In this document: positions 1-10,400 of the stretch, in pieces
Position numbering within the stretch: the stretch's first letter is position 1
Layout: each line of letters begins with the position of its first letter
Assembly: GCA_030167865.1 (NCBI GenBank)
Contig: JALAGF010004859.1
Location: forward strand, 1-36,355
DNA length: 36,355 nucleotides
Reading direction: 5' to 3'
From: Craspedostauros australis
Taxonomy: Eukaryota
Translations under genes and position numbers: made by a program
Notes under the pieces: model-generated
What the model saw: only the letters and a program-made list of their open reading frames with translations
Told to the model about the DNA's origin: nothing
Databases searched by the model: none

Positions 1-2003
1 CAGGAGCAGGCACGAGAATCGAAACCACACTCGCACACACAAGCAGACTCCAAGCCAAGATCACACAAACGATGCAAGGCCTTCGATATCCACTGCTTCG
101 AGAGAGCCTCCAGCCCCGGCGGTGTTTGGAGGAAGGCCAATGCAGTCGATACATCCAATATCGGCGCTGTCGAGATGTACGACAACCTCTGGACCAACGG
201 ACCGTCTCACAACATGGAGCTGTTCGACTACACCTTCGACGACCACTTCAAACGACCCGTCAGCGTCTATCTGTCTCGGAAGGATGTGCTGGACTACATC
301 ATATCGCGTGTCACACGAAACAATCCGAACCTCTTCGATGACTACATGCACTTCAATACGGAAGTCGAGAACGTGGTGTTCGTCAGCTCGACGCAGAAGT
401 TCGAAGTGACGACGCGGAATCTGGTGACGAAGGAGACGACAATGGGCGAGTTCGATTATTGCGTGTGGGGTGCTGGATCCAATGCGAAGCAGAAGCTCCC
501 GCAGGATGTGGTTGATGCGATGAGATCGGGTGGATTCACTGGTCCCATCTTGCACTCGGCGAACACGGCGGGTCTGGAATCGATTGTGAAGGGCAAACGC
601 ATCGTGTTGGTTGGCGGGATGTACTCCGCCGAAGATCTCGCGCTTCAATCCATCAAGCTGGGCGTGGAGCATGTGGACGTCATATCCCGGAGCTTGGAAC
701 CGCATGTTACACATACGGAGAGCTGGCCTGGCAACAGAGTTGAAGTATACGGCGGTCTCCAGATCTTCAAGAGTGAGGGCAACACGATTCATCTTGAGGA
801 GGTGGAGTGGAGCCGAGAACATGGATATACTGGGCAGAACGAGACGGAGGAGTCCTTGGAGGGCGTTGACGCTGTGATCTTCTGCACTGGGTATGACCCT
901 GCTCTGCATATGATGGACGAGGAATTGTTGGAGCAAGAATCAGAACGCAGTTTCAAGGTCCCGGACGATTGGAGGATGGCGGAGAATCCTTTCACGGAGC
1001 AAGTGGGACATGTCGAACCGTCAGAGGACTGCGTGCTGCGTGGAAACACATTGGCTTCCGAATATTATGGACTTCTGGTGAGTGCAGAACTGCAAACATT
1101 CGCAACCGCATGTGTGTGCAAAGCCACTGTTATGGCGCCGCATCGATGGCATGGTGACACAGTTGCGATGCTGCTATGGGTGGATGCACTTCATTGGGTA
1201 CCCAACGTCAGGTCGCGTTGTCTCCATCTTGATGCTGTCTACTCGTATGCAGAGTTCTACTCGTATGCAGAGTTCTACTCGTATGCGGAGTACACACGCT
1301 TCTCACATGAAGTTGACCGTTCTGTTTCTATGCTGTCTGTGCTGCGCACCTCTACCGCATTCCATGCCTGTGTTCACATTGTACCAAAATACCTTCCGCC
1401 GCCAATTCTCTTCACAAACCAACAACCCCCTTCGTGCAGATCCGAAATCCTCGCATGATGTACTTTGGCGACATCACGAACAACCCGTTGCTGGATCACG
1501 ATGCATTCGCCTGGTTGTTCGCCGAGTTCGTAACTGGGTCGCTGGAGGTGCCGGACGAGGAAGGCATGAGGCAGCACAACTTACAGCGTGTTCTTGCGGA
1601 GATGGACATGCCCGTGCTGCGCAAAGTGATGGATGCAAACTACGAGCAGGCTCTGCTGGATGCTCCCGGAGTGTTCAGTGACCACGGTGCATCAACGGAA
1701 TGGATAAACGAGCTGTGCGAACATATGGTGTATTCAATACGGAGGTTGGCTGATGTGACGCACATGGGGTCATACCCCCTGGACCTCGGGATGTACGACG
1801 AGCTGCACGATGCTGGGCTACGCCTCGGCGTCCACGACTTCCTCTCCACCCACCATCGGTTCTTGGATCACCAAGAGGCGAATTGCATGGAAGACCGCAG
1901 CCAATGGAAGACCTTTCGGGACTACGACAATGGGGACCACTTCTATTCTATGCTCACTGGCACGAAGGCCACTGTTCTTCCTGAACATTGGTTGTTGATG
2001 TGA
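1..2003 (+). CDS. Flavin-containing monooxygenase (class B FMO, bacterial Tmm-like), 5'-partial; exons <1..1077 and 1440..2003
   Basis: Frame 1 is open from base 1 and reads CFERASSPGGVW...MYDNLWTNGP...DYTFDDHF, FTGPILHS (FMO fingerprint), VLVGGMYSAEDL (NADPH site) and DAVIFCTGY. The GTGAGT donor at 1078 and TGCAG acceptor at 1439 join YYGLL|IRNPRMMYFG in phase 0. The FAD-binding GxGxxG motif must lie upstream of the window. Confidence 0.9.
1078..1439 (+). other. Spliceosomal intron of the FMO gene (362 bp, phase 0)
   Basis: CTG|GTGAGT...CTTCGTGCAG|ATC. Removing it joins ORF 175.. to ORF 1434..2003 in frame. Confidence 0.85.
1238..1291. repeat. 18-bp tandem repeat, 3 copies (TCTACTCGTATGCRGAGT), inside the FMO intron
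   Basis: Copies at 1238-1255, 1256-1273 and 1274-1291; the third has one mismatch. Confidence 0.95.
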
Positions 2004-2520
2004 ACTTGGAATCTGGACAATTCGAAACGCTTTCAACGGAGATTGGCGAGCACAGGATTGCGCTGTTGCAAATAACGCTACTCCCTCCGTGCAGAAAAGA
2101 CCACTACTACAGAGCACGAACATACTCATCGCTTACGCCTCTCTGACGCCTCTCGCACGAATCATTTATTCCACCCGTACGTGGTTGTCGCCTTGGCTGA
2201 GTTAGGGTTGCACCCCGATTCCAGACTGCACCATCTCGGTCAAGACATGCCAGCCTGTCTGCATTCACGAATCTATACTTGTTGCGTAGCATGTTCATGA
2301 CGAGCGAAAGAGAAGCCAGCAATCGAGAACTCCGTTTGTGCCAGCGCCGCATCTTTTGCAAACCCCTGTGCACACCACCACGATCGGCCCCCTCCACCAA
2401 CAGGAACAGGGCCATTGCCATCGCTGCTGCGGGCACGAGTCCCCTGTGAATTGCAACACAAACAGCAGATGGAGAACGTATGGCAGAGCACAACAGAGCG
2501 CTCGTTCAGGATTATTCAAC

Positions 2521-4210
2521 ATGAAGGGAACCTCCACAACAAGACTTGCAAGCGCAACTTCAGAAGCGTCCGCGTCTGGGTTGCGCCAATTCTTCGCATG
2601 GTTGGAGGGCCGGTACGGTGGATTGCCGTTCGACGTTGGCCAGCGGGCCGAGATCATCGTTCGGGATGGAGAGCTGCATTCTGATGATCTCGTTCGCCTC
2701 ATGACGCACGAGGCGACGGCGCTGCATGTGAAGAACTTCTACGGTCCCCGCGAGGCTGCCAGAAGGTGGGGCGACCGTCTCTCTCAGGAAGCGCTGGAGG
2801 GAAAGGGACAGAACTGGAAGGTGAGCACCTCGCGTGGTCTGGAGAGCAGCGACGTCTTCACCTTGGGGGCGCACGCTCCGTTCAACATCGCGTCGGCCTT
2901 GGGCAAAACAGATGACTACTTTCGGGGTGTGAAGCGCGAGTTCAGAGAACGCCGGCAACCGATATCATGGGGGCAGATGGAGACCACTCGTGACAGCACT
3001 GGCATACACACTGACGTAGATATGGGCATGGGTACGAATGGAAGTGCTAGATCCATGATGGGCGACGATGGAAGCATGGCTGCCATGTGCTTGCCGCCAC
3101 CACTTTGGCCATTAGATCAGTTTCGTTTGCAGCTTGACGAGGCATGGCCGGAGGGTGCCGGGTTGGCCCGCGATGTGAAGTCCAAACGATGTTTCGGTGG
3201 CGGGTTGCCCAGAGTGATGCTGGGCCCAACACGGTGGCGGAAGGGATTTGTTCATGTCGACGAGATGGCACCGCTATCCCCAACCAATGGCTTGTTCAGC
3301 GCAAACATATATCTGAAGCTGCCCACATCGGCAGAAATGGCGCAGCAACCATCGTCTTCGTCGTCACGAGCACCGGGAGCACCGGAAGGAACGAAGCTTG
3401 GGTTAAGTGTTGAGGTTGGTGATTATGCTAGCGATGGCGATAACGATGGGGATGATAGTATCACCATGGATACATCTACAAGCAGCAGTGACCATGTGAA
3501 TGGTTCTACCACCGATACGAGGCAGGCGATCTTTGAGATTTGGCCATTGGGTGTACGGAGTCGTTGGGACTGGTATCGGGTGAGTCGCTATTGGTGATTA
3601 CACGGACGTGACAATTATGTTGGTGGATGGATGGATGGATGGATGGAACAGGAGACTCAGACCATGTCTTCGTGCTGCGCACTGTTGTCCACCATGCGCG
3701 TGACGATTTGATGTCCGTCGGCGTATCTAGTTGCACTGTTGCTCGTGAAAAGGCGTGGCAGATGAATCACGTCACTCGCATTTGAATCGATTGCTGGTCT
3801 GCTCCTCCCACTGAAACATCGTTCGAAGCTCTGCCATCACGCTCACATTTCTATGGCGCCCCTTCTGTGGCTTGTGGTACTCGCAATCTCTTGTTCTCAC
3901 ACTCCTACGTGGGCCACCATTACGTGCATACCCAACCGCACAACCGACGACATGAACGTGGCGCACATACCTACGCGCGCAGAACGCAACGCTCATGTCA
4001 GCTCTATCCTCTCAAGAACCGGAACTGCAGGTCCGTCTTCGGAAGGCTCTGGGGGAACCACAACGCATCGAGGTGGCGGAGGGAGACCTCATCATGCTTT
4101 GCGTTCAACGGCCGCATGCTGCGATTGGGTTTCAGCAAGGAACACGAGTGTCGCTGCAATGCTTCGTGCAGCATTGTGGCGGCGACAAGCGACTGCTCAT
4201 CGATGCATGA
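2521..4210 (+). CDS. Putative 2-oxoglutarate/Fe(II)-dependent oxygenase, about 428 aa; exons 2521..3579 and 3983..4210
   Basis: Exon 1 has HxD (FVHVDEM, 3253-3261) followed by FSANIYL. Exon 2 has [13 protein letters not shown] (distal His at 4115-4117) and RVS (RxS, from 4145). The CGG|GTGAGT donor at 3580 and CAG|AAC acceptor at 3982 are in phase 0. The start is uncertain: 2521 is the first in-frame ATG, but the frame is open from 2290. Confidence 0.75.
3580..3982 (+). other. Spliceosomal intron (403 bp, phase 0) containing a (GGAT)n microsatellite
   Basis: GTGAGT...GCGCAG, joining [17 protein letters not shown]. The GGAT repeat is at about 3625-3646. Confidence 0.8.
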
Positions 4211-4483
4211 TTCGTGATGCGCAAAGTACGAGGTTGCTGCCAAGGAGAAGTGCGAGCATGAAGCCATCGAATACGTCGTGGCTCAGCCAATCATGTTCGT
4301 ACTCGTAGTCGAACGCGTACGTATAGTGTGGTACATGGTCCGCTCATCAGCACCACGTTCTGCAGAGAGAAAAAACTGCTACACCATGGAGAGTAAGATG
4401 GCGTTCCATGCTTCTACGGTTCTATTTTACTGTGCACTGTTGCATTCCATTCCATGGTATTCCACTGTATTGTTGTGCTACGA

Positions 4484-6400
4484 CTATCCGTACCACATGT
4501 CCGTGCTGTGTGCCCAGACGACGGGAGCCGCATGTTTGCGATGATGAGAGGCTGAAATCATCACAGAATCATGGACGGGATGTGCACGCACGCAGATGGT
4601 CGGCGACTTCTTTGTGTCAGTTGAAGGGTTGCTGTTGTGCCGAGGTTGTGACAACTCGGTTGGTTGTTGCATTGGGGGCAATCCTTGTGGCCACGCACGG
4701 CCGTCAACTTGCTGGCGTTGATGTTGCTGCTGGCGTTGTTCCTGGATGGGATACAGCTTCTGGACAGGTGTGGCACGCACCAGATCATATAGTACGATCG
4801 ACCCATCCTCGCTGCCCGAAACAATGGTGGTATCATCTGCCAACACATCCACGTTGAGACCGTACGTACCCGCCTCATGAGCACCTTGGAAAGTGTTGAG
4901 CAGTTCTGGTTTGGCATCACCGGCCGATGTCTCGATCAGTCGAATTGTGCCGTCCGTGCAGGAAGCGGCAAGGCACTGCCTGTCATTTGTCAGCTGCATC
5001 CCCGTGATTGGTGCACCGACCTGATCCACCGACAGCACTCCCTTGCGTAGGTCGTACGTGCGGACGCAGCCGTCGACGGAAGCGCTGCGGATGAGGCCCA
5101 CGGGATCGTGTCTATTGGCGATATCCTGCTCGATGTGAAGGTCTGTCACGGAGTCTTTGGCTTGGCTGAGCACCTGGATTGGCTTGTGATTGGAGAGTGC
5201 CCGGCCATCCCAAATCGCCACAGTGCCGTCGTAGCTTCCGGAAAGCAAGGCATGTCCATCCTCCGTGGCCGCTACGCAATTGATCCTGCCGGAATGGTGG
5301 CTGCTCCACTTGGTGACGAATCTCGCCGAGACGAGATCGGTGAGGACCAATGCCTTGTCCGTGGCCGCCAAGACTTGCTCTGCTGGGTTCGACCCGCCTG
5401 ATGTGAGGCAGCAAATGGCAGATATGTTATGCGATAGACCGTTGGCGTACGTTTGCATGGGCAGCGCGCGAGGAGGGGCGGAAGGTCCACGTGAATTCGA
5501 GTTCAGGTGCGGTCGATCATCTGGGGATGTGTAGGCCGGGTCGAGACGGAAGGGATTCCAAAGACGCACCGTGCGGTCCTGTCCGCCTGTGACGCAGTAC
5601 TTGCCATCAGCTGTTGTGTTCATTCCATATCACGTTGGTATTGCACAAGTGGAGCGTATGGATGGCACGTTGGAGTAGAGGAGTGCAGGTTGCAGTGACG
5701 CAAGGTAGCGTGGGACATTCGAGTGTAAGATGGTATTGAAATGTGCTGGATGAGTGTCACGACTTGCATTCATTGTTGGGTGATCTCAGCTCTTATTCAC
5801 GCATATGGTCGCCATGAACTGCACTGGCGCGGAGTGCTCGGACCATGCTACGAGATCCACTCCAAGAAAGCTTTCGCATGGCATCTTGGCAGAAGTGGCG
5901 AGCAGAATGAAGCGCAGCAGCTCACCAACGCAGGCGGCAGCATCAACGATCACGTCCCTCAGCTCAAAGTGAAGGAATATATTTAGTATCTCAGTTGTCG
6001 TCAAGAGCAGGAATCTTGTTCCAGTTCTTCTGTCCAAGCGCGAGGTACTACGTCATCATAGGGGGTGTCGTTGAAAGGCCCTTCTGGGTCGAGACCACGC
6101 TCGCAGTGTTGGCCACAACACTGGTTGTGGATGCTGGATGATGCATCAGCCGAATACATCCTCTCGAGTACCAAGTGTGCGGAAGCACGCCCACGCAGCA
6201 TACGAATACGAATCCTCCAAGATGAGAAACGCAACTTCGTATCGTATCATGGCTCAAAGCAGGTATTCTATTATATTTGGTATTGTAGAATAGAACTTAC
6301 AAGTGAAGTCAATGCAATTCACGGGGCCCTCGTGTCCCATGAGACGGGCCCCTGCTATTCGTGGTACGGATGGAGGGACATTGGAGTGTTCGGCCCACAT
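4484..6400 (-). CDS. WDR83: WD40-repeat protein WDR83/MORG1-like, about 408 aa; exons 6400..6301 and 5610..4484
   Basis: Exon 1 reads MWAEHSNVPPSVPRIAGARLMGHEGPVNCIDFT+T and ends at a GTAAGT donor. The acceptor is ACAACAG|CT. Splicing gives GHEGPVNCIDFTSDGKYCVTGGQDRTVRLWNP, a complete first WD repeat. Also present: LSGSYDGTVAIWD, PIQVLSQAKDSVT, SASVDGCVRTYDLRKG and SGSEDGSIVLYDL, all typical of WDR83. Confidence 0.88.
5611..6300 (-). other. Spliceosomal intron of WDR83 (690 bp, phase 1)
   Basis: Minus-strand GTAAGT at 6300 and CAG ending at 5611. Removing it restores the WD40 motif in frame. Confidence 0.85.
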
Positions 6401-7490
6401 TGAACCGCATGGGTCAGCGCAAGCACATGCTCCTTCCTCTTCCTCTTGCTCTTGCCTGATTGCAATGGTGTTGGGTGTTTGCCGATGGTGTCAGAGTATG
6501 TGGCACTTTGCTGATGCGATGGATTGTGATGTGATGGATTGTGACTACAATGTGATGTGTTGATTTGGATCCTGGCTGAGTCCATCAACACATCACCATC
6601 CATCGTGCCTCTTCGCGGCATCTGCCGCGTGCCGCACAAATGCACATCGTTTACCATCTCCTTCTCCTCGTTTTTGTGGTTGGTGTTGGCGTCGATTCGT
6701 GAGAGGACTGGTCTGTCATGTGTCCGCAAGAACGCAATCGATTCGGTTTGATCAAAGAGCGCAACGCGCCTGCTGTGTCCTTCAGACATGTGTGACACAG
6801 ACTCCCTCCGCACGCAACACGCCTTTACGGTTTCAACGTCTTATCATGCTCGCGTCAGCGAACTATATAGAATATTAAGAGCTGAATATCGAATGGTATA
6901 TCGCAGGCGTCCCCACACCGTAAAGAGGAGCTGATGATCACTTTTTGGTCGAAAATGGGATCGCCAACACCTCGCACCTCGCAACATCACCAAAACAAAA
7001 CGAAACGAAACAAAACTGAGCGAAACACCCACCACGGAAACGGCGCCAAGCAACACATGAAAGATGAACATGAAAATGGAAGAAGAACGAAGCAGGTGAA
7101 CTCCAACCTGTCCGCTGCGTACATACTTGAGTGGAGGACAACACGCGCAGTATCATTCAAGTGCTCTACTCTTCTCAACTCTCCTTTTGTGCCACTGCGT
7201 GCGGACAACATCCCAACCATCAAAGTGAATGCTTTCCGTACAACGATTCACCAACCGTGCCAGACGACGCGACACATAGAGCGAGGGAGAGAGATAGACA
7301 GAAAGAGAGAGTGCGAGAGAGAGCGATAGGATAGGTTCGCGTATTTCACCGCCACACATCATATCTCGCTGACCCCATCATCCAATCTACTAATCCAATA
7401 CCTACCACCGGAGGCCTCCTTGTGATCCTGGTCGCATCTATCCTGTGGTGTGCCGTGACTGGCGTTCATCGACACATTGCGGACATCACG

Positions 7491-10400
7491 ATGGACGACA
7501 GGTCGGAGTTTGAGTGCTTCCAAGACCCGACCATGTTGTCGCAGCGGGATTTGGAGCGCTCAATATCTGTCGGGATGATCGGTGGAGAGGATGGGGAGCC
7601 TCAACGACCGTCGCGACAACAGCAGCAGCAACGACAATGGCAGGAGCAACAGCGACAGCGACAGCGTGGGCCGACCGCAGATAGGACACACCTGTCACAA
7701 ATCGACCCCCCGTTCGCACATAGGAATGGCAGCAAGCCTGCGGGAAGACCAAACCTCATTGGTTACATCCCAAGGCTGCCCTCGACGGAACGTCCGGAGT
7801 TTGAGAAGATCGCGGCGGCGGCTACGTGGGATTCGGAAGAGGACATTCCCTTCGACATGCAGCCTCGCAGGAAGCCCAACCCTCGTCGCTGCAGTTCGCC
7901 GGGTGTGGACCAACCAATCAATCACACTTTTAATCCTGGCAACGTCCGTGCGGAAGTCCACTCCAGCAACGCGGACAATGTGGATATGAGCAAGAAACGC
8001 AACGCAACCACGTTGACTGATCAGCAACTTCACGCCCCAGAAACACGTGCAGTGGATCAGCCTGCCGTGGTTGTGCATGAAGCGAGAGCTACGGGTAGCC
8101 TTCGTGGTGAGACCGCTCGCTGCCTTTCACAGGAGACGGATGAAGGTGGAAGCGAACACTACTTTGAAGAGAACAGGTCTCGCCAAGAACAGAAGCTCCA
8201 ACAGCCCCATCAAAATCCCCATCAACAGCAGCAGCAGCCATGCCGACCATCGATCGATGAAGATGTTGAATCACCCATTGACTGCAGCGGTTCCAGCGCA
8301 AGAAAGGGTGGAGGCGGAGGCAAAGTCGCTGGTGTGCATGATGAACGTCAGGTGCAGAAACCTGCACACGATCACACTGAACACGACGCCGCGCGGGACG
8401 ACACAATGCACCGGAGCATATCACCTGAGATTTTCTCATTTGACTTTGTCCTGTCAGGATCCCCCACATTCACGAAACAATCAACCGCCAAGCATGCATC
8501 GTCGTTCACCAGCGCGGAACGCGATGCCGTGGAAGCCAGTCCCTCGTTTCCGGATCGACCGCAGGCCTTCAACTCCGTGCAGCGAACGTTCACGAGTCCA
8601 ACATCGGAGCAAGGCATCACCTCCAGAAGCAACGTGGACGTGTTGGTGACGTGCATTGATGGGTTGTTCATCACAAATTCCATCATTGACGAACGCGATG
8701 AAGGTGGCGATTACGATGACGACGGTGATCACGACCATGACGATGATCACGATCATGACCACCATGATGACCACCATGACGACGATGACGACGATGAAAC
8801 CAACAGCCTGTGTGAGCAAGCAGATCACTCTGAGGGACGTTCTGACGACTCGAACATCGAAGACTGCCATTCCATTGACGATGACAACGAACACGAACAC
8901 GAAGGCGATGGTAATGACGCGGCTTCCATCGTCGAGTCCAAACCTGACAAGGACGATCGTAGCTCCTCTTCGAAGCCAAACGATCGAAGATCAAACCGGC
9001 TCGTTGCGGTGGATGCGGCTATGGATGGTGCAAGTACGCTGAGGATGGCAGCAGATGCACTCACGGTGCTGCCAACTTCGCCTTGTTGTTTCCTGGCGCT
9101 TGAGTCGGCCATCATGGACGATCCCATCTCGATGGAGCAGGTCATGGCCGACGAGGGACAAGAAGAAGAGGACGACGAGGATGAGGATCTGCAACCGACA
9201 CGGACTGAGACCTTTGACACGCTGACTGGAAAGAGCATCACCATCGTTCATGACGATACTCAAACTCACGCACCTTTCAGCGCAGCACCGGCCCATGAGG
9301 ACGCTCATCCTCCCGCAAACCGCGATGGCCCACGACACGACGAAAAGATGCAGCCGGCGGTGTTGAGCCGTCCGCAACCGGAGACGGATCCTGACGATGG
9401 GTTCGTCCCGCCCCTCGCAAGAAACGATGCCACGGAACAGCTGTCCACCACATCCAATAGCTCCGTGCCATTCGACGCGACGCCTGTCAGTGTCGCCCGA
9501 AAGCATGTGGCACATGAACGAGACAATGGCAAGGCCACATCCGCTATGGACGAAACGGAGCTTGTGATCCCCAGCAAGAGCAACGATGCAGGTATTGTCG
9601 CGGCCTCGCCCAGAACACATACCAGCAGCTCAGCCCTGAGCATCGTCACTTCTAACCGGCCACAAATCCCTCTCGCAGGCAACGAATCACAGCAACCGTG
9701 TCAATGGCAGGACCAACCGGAGCGAACGAATGCCGGCGGAACGGATGCGCCGAATGCGCAGAGCCCATCGAAGACACACTGCCTCTTCTTTACACGCAAA
9801 CTCGAAGCACCAGCCCCGTCACCCCAGCACTCTTCTTCGCCGAATGCGCTGTTCTTCCAACAAACGACGCACGTGCTTGGGAACTCCCAACGCAGACGCC
9901 AAAGAGAGGCTGACAAAGCGGCGGAGATGGAGAAATTGCAAGACCAAGAACGGCGGGAGAGGAGCGAAGGGAAGAGGCCATCATCGCCAAGACGGGCATC
10001 TGTGCTCATGTCGTCTTCCAAGCCTCCCATCTCCGCCAACAACAGAAAGCGCACAGCAGCACATGCCAGCCCCTCTGCGGGAATTCTACCTGGAGACATC
10101 GTTCACCAAGCACCAACGCACACACCAACGCTAATGCCGACGCCAACATCGACGCGAAAGCAAGCGCACAAGCCATTGCCAACATCGCCGATATCTGAAT
10201 GGACAGCCTCTGCGTGGACAGCAACTCCAGTATCTGCATCCACAGTCCCATCCACGATCTCACCTGCGTTGTCGTCTCCTGCCACGGCGTCGCAACAGCA
10301 GCATCAGCAGCAGCGACATCAGTCATCGTCGCAGATCGCAGACATGCACGGAAACATCGCGCGAACCGACTCACGGGACTCATTCGCAACTGTGCAATCC

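Noticed and set aside
61..936. 291-aa minus-strand ORF
   Set aside because: It is the antisense shadow of the FMO coding exon and has no motif of its own.
1238..1291. Repeats considered as a CRISPR-like array
   Set aside because: They are head-to-tail with no spacers, lie in a eukaryotic intron, and no cas genes are present.
5611..5623. ATG 5623 as the WDR83 start
   Set aside because: It lies inside the intron; the upstream exon completes the WD repeat.
7422..7490. Signal-peptide-like VILVASILWCAVTG upstream of the giant ORF, which would suggest a secreted silaffin-like protein
   Set aside because: There is no in-frame ATG between the stop at 7332-7334 and 7491, and I found no convincing upstream exon. 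5' RACE would be needed to revive the idea.
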